DNA from: Candidatus Electronema halotolerans
GTDB lineage: Bacteria; Desulfobacterota; Desulfobulbia; Desulfobulbales; Desulfobulbaceae
DNA: 32,000 nt
NCBI GenBank assembly: GCA_942493095.1
Contig: OW818675.1
Coordinates: forward strand, 210,001-242,000
Direction: 5' to 3'
The notes beneath the pieces are model-generated. The model did not search any database. It had not been told where the DNA came from and saw only the letters and a list, made by a program, of their open reading frames with translations. The position numbers and the translations under genes are program-made. Numbering within the stretch: the first letter of the stretch is position 1; each line of letters starts with the position of its first letter. This document shows, piece by piece, positions 9,038 to 18,249 of the stretch.

Positions 9038-10147
9038 ATGCTTGCTCATATAATTGTTGATGATAAATTTATTGATAGTGGGTTAAATCAATTTGAAATT
9101 GCCGCCCCAAATCAGAATATTCCTATTTTTATAGGAAAAAAATGTGATCTTAATTATGTGAGAAACAAAGATGTTTTATTTATGGATAACGCACAAATAC
9201 AGAAATTTGTACGTTCAGATAAATGTTCAGCGATAATTTTTCATTCGCTTCCTAATATTTTTTTGCCTATCATTAAGTATGCGCCTAACCATATAAAAAA
9301 AATATGGTTAGGCTGGGGATATGATTATTATAATCGTTTATTATCCTCAGCCTTTCCTGACGGATTTTATCTTGACGGAACAAAATCACTTATGGTAAAA
9401 AAAATAATCCAAAGATTTGCGCATCGAACTAAACTGTCAATAAAAAATTTGCTAAAAAATGACAACAATTTGTTAAGTCAAATTGATTATTTTATCCCTG
9501 TTATTGACCTTGAATATAAACTTGTAGCTGAGCTGAATCCTTGGTTTAAGGCGAAATATATCTGTTGGAATTATGGAAGTGCTGAGGAAAATTTGCTATC
9601 AGATAATAAATACGATGATATAGGTGACGATATATTGGTCGGAAATAGTGCTTCAGCTACGAATAATCATCTTGATACATTTATTTTATTGAAAAATAAT
9701 TTTGATATTGAAAATAGAAAAATAATTGTTCCATTAAGCTATGGGGATACTTGGTACAGAGATCAAATTATAAAAAACGGGCGGCGTATGTTTGGAGATA
9801 AATTTGTTCCCATTGTAAATTTTCTGCCAAAAAATGAATATATTGATTTGTTAAATCGGTGTGGCTATGTATTCATGAATCATCTGCGACAGCAAGCACT
9901 TGGAAATATTTGTATTATGATGTTAAAAGGAGCAAGAATATATTTAAATTCGGTAAATCCATTATACAGATGGTTTATAGATAGAGAGGGAATTGTAAAT
10001 AATATTTATGATGATAATATCATGGAGCCTTTAAATGCAATCCAAAGAAAAAATAACATTGATATTGTGATGAATTTTTGCAGCATGAAAGTTCAACGTG
10101 CTAAAACACGTCATCTTGTTGATATTGCGTTTGGTAAAGAAATATGA
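9038..10147 (+). CDS. WecF-like (TDP-Fuc4NAc:lipid II Fuc4NAc transferase family) glycosyltransferase
   Basis: ILVGNSASATNNHLDTFILL...KIIVPLSYGDTWYRDQI...NRCGYVFMNHLRQQALGNICIMMLKGARIYLN, matching the PF07429-type family pattern. Confidence 0.75.
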   Translation: MLAHIIVDDKFIDSGLNQFEIAAPNQNIPIFIGKKCDLNYVRNKDVLFMDNAQIQKFVRSDKCSAIIFHSLPNIFLPIIKYAPNHIKKIWLGWGYDYYNRLLSSAFPDGFYLDGTKSLMVKKIIQRFAHRTKLSIKNLLKNDNNLLSQIDYFIPVIDLEYKLVAELNPWFKAKYICWNYGSAEENLLSDNKYDDIGDDILVGNSASATNNHLDTFILLKNNFDIENRKIIVPLSYGDTWYRDQIIKNGRRMFGDKFVPIVNFLPKNEYIDLLNRCGYVFMNHLRQQALGNICIMMLKGARIYLNSVNPLYRWFIDREGIVNNIYDDNIMEPLNAIQRKNNIDIVMNFCSMKVQRAKTRHLVDIAFGKEI

Positions 10148-10839
10148 AACAGCATCTCCCCTTTTCTCATTCAAACAACAAATTTCACAATTGGCTTGTT
10201 TATGAAATAAATTATATGTTTTTAAATAAATTCAGCAAGAAGTTTAAAGGTCACCTGTACGATCTTGGCTGCGGTGAAATGCCTTATCGAGAATGGCTGC
10301 TGAATTATGCAGATTCTTACACAGGGGTTGATTGGTCAAACACACTGCATAATTTTAAAGCTGACATTGCTGCGAATCTAAACGAACCTCTGCCTATTGA
10401 AAGCGAACAGGCGGATACAGTTGTATCATTTTCTGTGATGGAACATTTGCGAGAGCCGCAGTTGTTTCTGAATGAAAGTTATCGTATTCTTAAACATGGC
10501 GGAAGGATGATTCTCCAAGTGCCCTTTATGTGGTGGGTGCATGAAGAACCTTGCGATTATTTCCGCTATACCCGATATGGGTTAAAATATATGTTTGAGA
10601 AGGCTGGTTTTGCCGATATCGAAGTCTATCCAACATCAGGTTTCTGGACTGTTTGGATACTCAAATTCAATTATCAATCAACACGGCTTATTCGCGGCCC
10701 TTGGCCGGTTCGTAATTTTATGGCCATCATCATGCGTTTGATTTGGGCTGTTGATCAGCGGGTTGCGCCGTGGTTAGACAATTATTGGAAATGTGAGCAA
10801 GAAACGGGTGGCTATTTCGTGGTTGCTCAAAAAATATGA
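10144..10839 (+). CDS. Class I SAM-dependent methyltransferase
   Basis: LYDLGCGEMPYREWLL...YTGVDWSN...ADTVVSFSVMEHLREPQLFLNESYRILKHGGRMILQVPF. Confidence 0.85.
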   Translation: MKQHLPFSHSNNKFHNWLVYEINYMFLNKFSKKFKGHLYDLGCGEMPYREWLLNYADSYTGVDWSNTLHNFKADIAANLNEPLPIESEQADTVVSFSVMEHLREPQLFLNESYRILKHGGRMILQVPFMWWVHEEPCDYFRYTRYGLKYMFEKAGFADIEVYPTSGFWTVWILKFNYQSTRLIRGPWPVRNFMAIIMRLIWAVDQRVAPWLDNYWKCEQETGGYFVVAQKI

Positions 10840-12281
10840 GCCTTAAACATAAAACGTTTTCAGCAGTCCGTTGGACAACACTTGCTTCTGTTGCCCGCAC
10901 GATAGTGCAACTCGCTCAAGTTTCAATATTGGCCAGACTGCTTAAACCCGAAGACTACGGTCTTATGGCAATGGTCGGGGTTGTGCTGAGTTTCGCAGCT
11001 TTGTTTACTGATTTAGGACTTAACAGTGCCTACATACAGAAACAAGATGTCACTCTTGAGCAACGCTCCAGTTTGTTCTGGTTGAATTTTGCTATGGGCG
11101 TTGGTTTAACTTTGCTGGTCATAGTGATCAGTCCACTGCTTGCATGGTTTTTTGGAGATAGCCGTTTAACACCTCTTTTGATGTTGAGCAGTTTAACCTT
11201 CATCATTACTTCAGCAGGGCAACAGGTTCGTATGACAGCGGAAAAAAATCTGAATTTTAGACCTGTTGTCATCACGGAAATTGTTGCCGCTGTTTTTGGT
11301 CTTTTAATCGCAGTTAGTGCCGCATTAGCTGATTTTGGTGTTTATTCGTTGATTCTCGGCAGTATTACTACAGCATTTGCAGCAACCCTGCTGGGTTGGA
11401 TTGTTATTGCACAAGGGTGGCGGCCATATTGGCAGTTCAGATTTACAGATGTGAAACCATATATCAGATTTGGCGGAGCGGTAGTGGCAGATGCTGTTTT
11501 TAACAATATAAACAGAAGTATTGACTTGCTGCTGGGAGGAAGGTTGCTGGCGGCGCCACAGCTTGGGCTATATAGTGTGCCACGTAATTTGATTCTACAG
11601 ATTCAATTTATGGTGAACCCGATTATCACGAGAGTCGGATTTCCGCTTATTGCACAAGTGCAACATGATATTCCGCGTGTGCGTTTGATTTATCTTAACA
11701 CGTTGAATATGACAGCCTCTGTCAATGCGCCTCTTTACATGGGTCTTGCATTCTTTGCTCCTGACGCTGTGCATGTCCTGCTTGGCAATAAATGGACAGG
11801 TTCTGTTGATTTTCTGCGCATTTTGGCAATATGGGGATTTCTGCGATCAACTGGCAATCCAATAGGCAGTTTGCTTATGGGTATGGGAAGAGCAGGTCTT
11901 GCGATGAAGTGGAATTTCACACTGCTTTTCATTATTTCGCCTGCTCTTTGGGTAGGTTCTTATATAGGTGGAGCAGAAGGGCTGGCTTGGGCAATGCTCA
12001 TCACTATGAGTGTTATATTGATTCCAGGATGGTATATATTGATTCGACCACTTTGCCAAGCAAGTTTATTTGAATACTTATCAGCTACGTTTAAACCGTT
12101 GTTAATTGCCATTGGCTCGGTTGGTGCTGTATATTTGATTTGCAGGCATATTGAACTGCCTTTGTTGCGTTTGGCAACTGGTATTGCATTATCTGTGCCA
12201 TTGTATTGGATAATCAGCTACAAATATAATCGCGACTGGATAGATTCGATGTTAAATCTTATAAAAATACGAAGTTTATAA
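10836..12281 (+). CDS. Oligosaccharide flippase family protein (Wzx/WzxC-like, MOP superfamily)
   Basis: FSAVRWTTLASVARTIVQLAQVSILARLLKPEDYGLMAMVGVVLSFAALFTDLGLNSAYIQKQ...; many TM segments, 481 aa. Confidence 0.92.
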   Translation: MSLKHKTFSAVRWTTLASVARTIVQLAQVSILARLLKPEDYGLMAMVGVVLSFAALFTDLGLNSAYIQKQDVTLEQRSSLFWLNFAMGVGLTLLVIVISPLLAWFFGDSRLTPLLMLSSLTFIITSAGQQVRMTAEKNLNFRPVVITEIVAAVFGLLIAVSAALADFGVYSLILGSITTAFAATLLGWIVIAQGWRPYWQFRFTDVKPYIRFGGAVVADAVFNNINRSIDLLLGGRLLAAPQLGLYSVPRNLILQIQFMVNPIITRVGFPLIAQVQHDIPRVRLIYLNTLNMTASVNAPLYMGLAFFAPDAVHVLLGNKWTGSVDFLRILAIWGFLRSTGNPIGSLLMGMGRAGLAMKWNFTLLFIISPALWVGSYIGGAEGLAWAMLITMSVILIPGWYILIRPLCQASLFEYLSATFKPLLIAIGSVGAVYLICRHIELPLLRLATGIALSVPLYWIISYKYNRDWIDSMLNLIKIRSL

Positions 12282-12335
12282 AAATACGAGTAATTGATAA
12301 AATTATATATTTGTACAATCTATAATTTTTTTTAG

Positions 12336-12533
12336 TAACTACTCAGCCACCGGATGTAGATTTATTTACGACTGAAACCACTGCATGTTGTATTTTTATG
12401 CAAAATAAGCTTGTTTTCTGGTAGCTTGGAAGTCCTGTTTTTCACCTGATTTCTTCGTGTTTTTCAGATAAAAACACAATATGTTGTGGTTTAAACGGTT
12501 CTATGTGTCGCTATTTAGTGGCTGAGTAGTTAC
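12336..12533. mobile_element. 198-bp non-autonomous MITE-like element with IS66-type ends
   Basis: Perfect 16-bp terminal inverted repeats GTAACTACTCAGCCAC (12336-12351) / GTGGCTGAGTAGTTAC (12518-12533). Exact 8-bp flanking direct repeat TTTTTTTA (12328-12335 and 12534-12541). Subterminal imperfect inverted repeat 12374-12399 / 12468-12493. No ORF inside. Confidence 0.85.
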
Positions 12534-12551
12534 TTTTTTTAAACATAAAGC

Positions 12552-13808
12552 ATGTATAGAATATTACATATAGTTGGAGGAGAATTAAATGGAGGTGCTG
12601 CTCGAGGTGCGTATTGGCTGCATCTCGGCCTGAAGCGGCTTGGAGTTGATTCAAAAATACTGACGAACAGTTTTGATACGCTTGGAGATAAAGATGTTAT
12701 AACCGTTGCAGACTCTACAAAAAATAAGATTAAAGTAAAATTTTATTCTCATTTAGATGCTCTGCCAGTCAGTCTCTACAGAAATCGAAAGGAGATTATT
12801 TTTAGCACTGGATTTGCAGGAGGAAATATTTTCAATACTGACATTTTAAAAGATATTGACATTGTTCATTTGCATTGGATTAATGCTGGTTTTGTCAATA
12901 TCAAATACTTATCTTGTATTAAAAAGCCCATTGTCTGGACTATGCGTGATATGTGGCCTATGACCGGAGGGTGCCACTATACGATGGGCTGCAACTCATA
13001 TAGCTCAAATTGTGGACAATGCCCTCAACTTGGAAGTAAATTATCTTTTGATATATCATCATTAATAATTGCTCGCAAAAAAAAATATTTCCCAAAGACT
13101 ATCAAATTAGTAGGTATTAGTTCATGGCTAAGTGAATGTGCACAGCAGAGCAGTCTCTTTCATGAATTTGATATACAAACTATTTCTAATAATATTGATA
13201 CTACTCAGTTTTTTCCTGTCGACAAAATTGTCGCGCGAAATATTCTCGGAATTCCGCAGGATGTTAAGGTGATACTCGCAGGAGCAACAAATCTGGAGAA
13301 CTTTTACAAAGGTTTTGATAAGTTTCTTGCTGCAATAACCTACTTGCCCAACGATAAAATTCATGTTGTATTTCTTGGCACCTTGTCCCAAGGTGCTCTT
13401 AAAAAGATTAATTTTCCTTGTACAAACCTTGGATATTTGCATGATACGGTATCTCTTCGTATTGCCTATTCGGCTGCTGATGTTTTTGTAGCTCCTTCAA
13501 TAATGGATGCTTTTGGAAAAACATTAGCTGAAGCAATGAGCTGTGGAACTCCAACAGTCTGCTTTGATGCTACAGGACCAAAGGATATTGTTGATCATAA
13601 ACAGAATGGTTTTCGCGCAAAGCCATTTGACCCAAAAGATTTAGCGTATGGTATCCAGTGGCTGCTTCATCAAGATGAACAACAATATAGAAAAATATCC
13701 GATAATGCCAAAGAAAAAGTTAAAAAATATTTCGATAATTATGTGATTGCAAAAAGATATAAAAAATTATATTCTTCAATTTTAGAAGCAGAGCATTCCC
13801 ATTGTTGA
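12552..13808 (+). CDS. Glycosyltransferase family 4 (WcaC-like)
   Basis: [27 protein letters not shown]...DIVHLHWIN...[17 protein letters not shown]...[39 protein letters not shown]. Confidence 0.88.
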   Translation: MYRILHIVGGELNGGAARGAYWLHLGLKRLGVDSKILTNSFDTLGDKDVITVADSTKNKIKVKFYSHLDALPVSLYRNRKEIIFSTGFAGGNIFNTDILKDIDIVHLHWINAGFVNIKYLSCIKKPIVWTMRDMWPMTGGCHYTMGCNSYSSNCGQCPQLGSKLSFDISSLIIARKKKYFPKTIKLVGISSWLSECAQQSSLFHEFDIQTISNNIDTTQFFPVDKIVARNILGIPQDVKVILAGATNLENFYKGFDKFLAAITYLPNDKIHVVFLGTLSQGALKKINFPCTNLGYLHDTVSLRIAYSAADVFVAPSIMDAFGKTLAEAMSCGTPTVCFDATGPKDIVDHKQNGFRAKPFDPKDLAYGIQWLLHQDEQQYRKISDNAKEKVKKYFDNYVIAKRYKKLYSSILEAEHSHC

Positions 13809-13818
13809 CAGATTAATA

Positions 13819-14937
13819 ATGAAAAAAGCCCTAATCACCGGCATCACCGGCCAAGATGGTTCCTATCTCGCAGAATTTTTGCTGGACAAAGGCTATCAAG
13901 TTCATGGCATCAAACGCCGGGCCTCATCCTTTAACACCCAGAGGATAGATCACATCTATCAAGACCCGCATGTTGTGCAACAACATTTTGTTCTGCATTA
14001 TGGCGATTTAACGGATTCATCAAATCTGACCCGCATCATTCAAGAAGTGCAGCCAGACGAAGTCTATAATCTTGGTGCGCAGTCCCATGTGGCGGTGAGT
14101 TTTGAATCACCAGAATATACGGCTGATGTTGATGCAATGGGAACACTGCGCCTGCTGGAGGCAATTCGTTTCCTTGGCTTAGAAAAGAAAACCCGTTTTT
14201 ATCAAGCATCCACTTCCGAACTGTTTGGTCTGGTGCAAGAAACGCCGCAGAGAGAAACCACGCCATTTTATCCGCGCTCACCTTACGCTGTAGCCAAACT
14301 CTATGCTTACTGGATTACGATCAACTACCGCGAGGCTTACAAGATGTATGCCTGCAATGGCATCCTGTTCAACCATGAATCGCCGCGCCGGGGTGAGACA
14401 TTTGTTACCCGTAAAATCACGAGAGGGCTGGCGAACATCGCCCAAGGCTTGGAACATTGCCTGTACATGGGTAACATGGATGCTCTACGCGACTGGGGTC
14501 ATGCCAAAGACTATGTACGAATGCAGTGGCTGATGCTGCAACAGGAACAACCAGAAGATTTTGTTATTGCCACTGGTGTGCAGCACAGTGTGCGCGATTT
14601 CATCCGCTGGTCGGCGCAGGAGTTAGGCATTGAGCTGCGTTTTGAAGGGCAAGGTCTCGATGAACGTGCAAAGGTTGTAGGTATCTCTGGTGACAACGCT
14701 CCTGCGGTGAAAGCAGGCGATGTGCTGGTGCGAGTCGATCCGCGTTATTTCCGTCCGACAGAGGTAGAAACATTATTAGGCGATCCATGCAGAGCCAAGC
14801 AGCTCCTTGGCTGGACACCGGAAATCACGGTGCAGGAGATGTGTGCCGAAATGGTGGCTGAAGATCTAAAAATTGCGCAACGTCACGCCCTGCTCAAACA
14901 GCATGGTTATGATCTGCCTGTAGCCACAGAGAATTAA
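13819..14937 (+). CDS. gmd: GDP-mannose 4,6-dehydratase
   Basis: [49 protein letters not shown]...[39 protein letters not shown] (observed [13 protein letters not shown]). Confidence 0.97.
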   Translation: MKKALITGITGQDGSYLAEFLLDKGYQVHGIKRRASSFNTQRIDHIYQDPHVVQQHFVLHYGDLTDSSNLTRIIQEVQPDEVYNLGAQSHVAVSFESPEYTADVDAMGTLRLLEAIRFLGLEKKTRFYQASTSELFGLVQETPQRETTPFYPRSPYAVAKLYAYWITINYREAYKMYACNGILFNHESPRRGETFVTRKITRGLANIAQGLEHCLYMGNMDALRDWGHAKDYVRMQWLMLQQEQPEDFVIATGVQHSVRDFIRWSAQELGIELRFEGQGLDERAKVVGISGDNAPAVKAGDVLVRVDPRYFRPTEVETLLGDPCRAKQLLGWTPEITVQEMCAEMVAEDLKIAQRHALLKQHGYDLPVATEN

Positions 14938-14938
14938 C

Positions 14939-15919
14939 ATGGCTGAACTATTTGCACTGAATCCAGAGTACAGCACGACTCGGCTTGTAACTCGTGAAGT
15001 ACCGACAATAGAAGAGCCACCTGATGCGGCTTTCGAGACTGTGCTGTTTTTGCCAGAGGGTGAAGGACGAAAAGGCGAAGGTGGATTGCGCACCAAAGGT
15101 TATTTTAAGCGCAGCCTGCCTGATAAACCTTTGATTACGGTGATTACGGTTGTGTTTAATGGGGCGAAACATCTGGAGCAAGCTATTCTCAGTGTGATTG
15201 AGCAGACGCATGACAATGTAGAGTATATTGTCATTGATGGCGGATCGACGGATGGGACACTGGATATTATACGCAAGTATGAACATGCTATTGATTATTG
15301 GGTAAGCGAAAAGGATGGAGGCATTTATGATGCGATGAATAAAGGGTTAAAGCTGGCGAATGGTGATTATATTGGCATGTTGAATTCAGATGATTGGTTA
15401 TCAACAGAGGCCATCGGTCTTATATCTAAACATAAGCATGACAGCGTTGATTTTGTATATAGCAGTGTATTTATTACAAGTAAAGAAGGGAATGTTCTTT
15501 ATATAAAACTGCCTGAAGACACTGAAACAATCCCTTACAGAATGCCATTTCCACATCAAACATTTTATGCAAAAGCAAGTATATTCAAAAAAATTTATGG
15601 ATACGATACAAAATATAAACTTTCCGCTGATCTTGATATAGTATGGCGTGTAATTAAGGCAGGATTTAATGGAGTTCAAATACAACAACCAATGGCATAC
15701 TTCAGAGAGGGTGGTGCGAGTGGCGGCTTGATAACATTTATTGAAACGAGAAGTATTGCCTGCAAATATGGCATGGGAAATATAAAATCTTATTTTTTGC
15801 TTGTAGAATCATTACTAAAAGTAATGGCTATTAATCTTATTCATTTGCGTATAATAAATTTTATTCGTAATATTTTTGGCTCAAAAAAATATATTCCCTA
15901 TAATCGAAAAGAGATTTAA
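14939..15919 (+). CDS. Glycosyltransferase family 2
   Basis: PLITVITVVFNGAKHLEQAILSVIEQTHDNVEYIVIDGGSTDGTLDIIRKY...SEKDGGIYDAMNKGLKLANGDYIGMLNSDDW. Confidence 0.92.
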   Translation: MAELFALNPEYSTTRLVTREVPTIEEPPDAAFETVLFLPEGEGRKGEGGLRTKGYFKRSLPDKPLITVITVVFNGAKHLEQAILSVIEQTHDNVEYIVIDGGSTDGTLDIIRKYEHAIDYWVSEKDGGIYDAMNKGLKLANGDYIGMLNSDDWLSTEAIGLISKHKHDSVDFVYSSVFITSKEGNVLYIKLPEDTETIPYRMPFPHQTFYAKASIFKKIYGYDTKYKLSADLDIVWRVIKAGFNGVQIQQPMAYFREGGASGGLITFIETRSIACKYGMGNIKSYFLLVESLLKVMAINLIHLRIINFIRNIFGSKKYIPYNRKEI

Positions 15920-17116
15920 ATGCAACAGCTTGCTTTTTTTTATGGATTATTTTTACCATTTACTAGTGTATTTGCGTTGTCTATGTGGATAAATTTACCG
16001 ATATTAATCGGGATGATAATATTTTTTCTATTAGCTATAAAAGGAAAGTATATTTTTAATAGATTTGATGTGATTGTTTTTATATTGTTTGTATCTCCAA
16101 TATTTTTTTCGGCAATTGTCAATATAGAGTACGCATCTGAAGAGAGATACAGAAATCATATTTTATCATATCTTACTGTTTATTTTTTATTTTATTTTGT
16201 TTCTAAAGAATTGTTGCGTAACTATATAGTTATATTTTTTCGTGGAATTGTATATGGCTTGTCGGTTTCGTTACTATTTGAATTTGTTGAATTTTTTATC
16301 GCGCAAACTCCTGTTGCTTATCAACTTGATAACATTCCACGTTTTGCTGTACAACAATATCAGCCACTATTTCATGGAATAGTACGTGCCAGATCTGTTG
16401 TTGAGGAGTCTGGACATTATGCTTTATACCTTGGAGTGATAGGTTCTCTCTCTCTCTGGTTTTTAGAGAGTAAAGGTATAAAAAAGTTTTCAAAAATTTT
16501 GAAAATGGGAATAATATTTGGGATATTATTAACTTTTAGTACAAGTGGAATAATATTTGGGATATTATCATTGTTTTTTGTTCAAGCAATATCAAGAACT
16601 AAAGTTTTAGTTAAAAAGATATCTTTTTTAATATCAACAATCATTTTTTTTGCAGCCATTTATTTCTTTTTTTTGAAATTCTATCAATTAAATTTAATCA
16701 ATCTATATATCGACAAAAAAGATACTATGGGCGGAAGAAAGGACTTTTTTTTGTTATCATTAGATTGCTATTTAAATTCTGATTATTTGAATTTGATGTT
16801 TGGACTTGGTCCGGGATATTATGATTATTTGAATCTTCCTTCTGTTATATCATTAACCGCATTGACTCTTTTTCAAACAGGCTTGATAGGTTTATTGATG
16901 TATATCATACTAATGATAGTAAGTTTAAAAAGAGTCAATCTTTTTCATAAAAAGCAACAATCTTTTTTTGTTTTTGCTATTTGTTTTTCATTTTTAGTAT
17001 ATAATGGCATTTCAAATTATTGGTACCCTTGGATATGGGTTTTGTTTGCTACGTTATCTATTGCACCAGAATTAGATGAGAGCAGAAGAATAAAAACATC
17101 AAAATTTGTTCTTTAA
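15920..17116 (+). CDS. Polytopic membrane protein, candidate O-antigen/polysaccharide polymerase or ligase (Wzy-like)
   Basis: 398 aa with many hydrophobic segments. RARSVVEESGHYALYLGVI..., followed by late-loop GRKDFF...LNLMFGLGPGYYDYL typical of O-antigen polymerase/ligase proteins. Confidence 0.75.
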   Translation: MQQLAFFYGLFLPFTSVFALSMWINLPILIGMIIFFLLAIKGKYIFNRFDVIVFILFVSPIFFSAIVNIEYASEERYRNHILSYLTVYFLFYFVSKELLRNYIVIFFRGIVYGLSVSLLFEFVEFFIAQTPVAYQLDNIPRFAVQQYQPLFHGIVRARSVVEESGHYALYLGVIGSLSLWFLESKGIKKFSKILKMGIIFGILLTFSTSGIIFGILSLFFVQAISRTKVLVKKISFLISTIIFFAAIYFFFLKFYQLNLINLYIDKKDTMGGRKDFFLLSLDCYLNSDYLNLMFGLGPGYYDYLNLPSVISLTALTLFQTGLIGLLMYIILMIVSLKRVNLFHKKQQSFFVFAICFSFLVYNGISNYWYPWIWVLFATLSIAPELDESRRIKTSKFVL

Positions 17117-17158
17117 TAGGTTGCAGCTATAAAAAATATTGATTGCTATGGATTATGT

Positions 17159-18247
17159 ATGAAACACAAAAATAATTTATTAATATTGCAAGTTATTTCC
17201 ACGCCAATCGGCGGTGGTGCGGAGGTGTTAGTGCGAGAATTGAACGATAAATTGTGCAACTATGGAATTGCAAGTGAAGCAATTTATTTTTCAGGAAAAG
17301 GTATTCATCTTCATGTTAATGAATCAGAATTGAAAATAGGCATAAGAAATCCATTTGCTATTTTAAAATTACGCAAGATATTTCGTTCAAAGATAGCTTC
17401 TTTTGACAAATTAATTATTCATGCTCACTTGACATGGCCATTTTTTTATGTAATATTTGCTGCCATTGGATTGGATATAAAACTTATTTTTACAGAACAT
17501 AACACATCAAATCGTCGTAGAAGAATTTATTTTTTTAAATATATAGAACGTATTTTTTATAGCCGTTATACATACATTGTATGTATAAGTCAAGGTGTTA
17601 AAAAATCATTAAAAAATTGGGTCGGTAAAAAATTATATACTCGTACACAGGTCATTTATAATGGAGCTTTCCTTTATAGATTAAAAGAAAAAAATTATTT
17701 ACCCAAGACTGTACGTTTTATTTCAGTTGGTTCTCTTGTAAAGAGAAAAGGCTTTGAAATATCATTAGCCACACTCTCTTTGCTGAAAGGAGTAGAGTGG
17801 AATTATACTATTCTTGGAGAAGGAGATGAAAGAAATCGGTTGTCTCACTTAGCAATACAGTTAAATATTCGCGATAAAGTTCATTTTGTTGGCTGGTCAA
17901 ATGAAGTAGAGAAGTATCTCCATGAAGCAGATATTCAACTTATTCCATCATTATGGGAAGGATTCGGATTGGTTGCTGTTGAAGGCATGTCAACAGGTTT
18001 GCCAATTGTTGCTTCAAATGTAGATGGATTACGTGAAGTTTTGGATAAAGACAACCATGCTGTTTTTTTAGTTGATGAAATAGATAACCCGCAATGTTGG
18101 GTTGAAAAGATAGAAAAATGTATCAGCAGGCTGAAAGAGTCGCCGGATTTATTAGCAGAATCATCACGCAGACAGGCAGAAAAATTCAGTTTGGATAAAA
18201 TGATTTGCAATTATGCTAATCTATATAAAAAGATAGGTGGAATTTAA
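17159..18247 (+). CDS. Glycosyltransferase family 4
   Basis: VISTPIGGGAEVLVRELNDKL...FISVGSLVKRKGFEISLATLSLLKGVEWNYTILGEGDERNRL...EADIQLIPSLWEGFGLVAVEGMSTGLPIVASNVDGLREVL. Confidence 0.92.
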   Translation: MKHKNNLLILQVISTPIGGGAEVLVRELNDKLCNYGIASEAIYFSGKGIHLHVNESELKIGIRNPFAILKLRKIFRSKIASFDKLIIHAHLTWPFFYVIFAAIGLDIKLIFTEHNTSNRRRRIYFFKYIERIFYSRYTYIVCISQGVKKSLKNWVGKKLYTRTQVIYNGAFLYRLKEKNYLPKTVRFISVGSLVKRKGFEISLATLSLLKGVEWNYTILGEGDERNRLSHLAIQLNIRDKVHFVGWSNEVEKYLHEADIQLIPSLWEGFGLVAVEGMSTGLPIVASNVDGLREVLDKDNHAVFLVDEIDNPQCWVEKIEKCISRLKESPDLLAESSRRQAEKFSLDKMICNYANLYKKIGGI

Positions 18248-18249
18248 AA

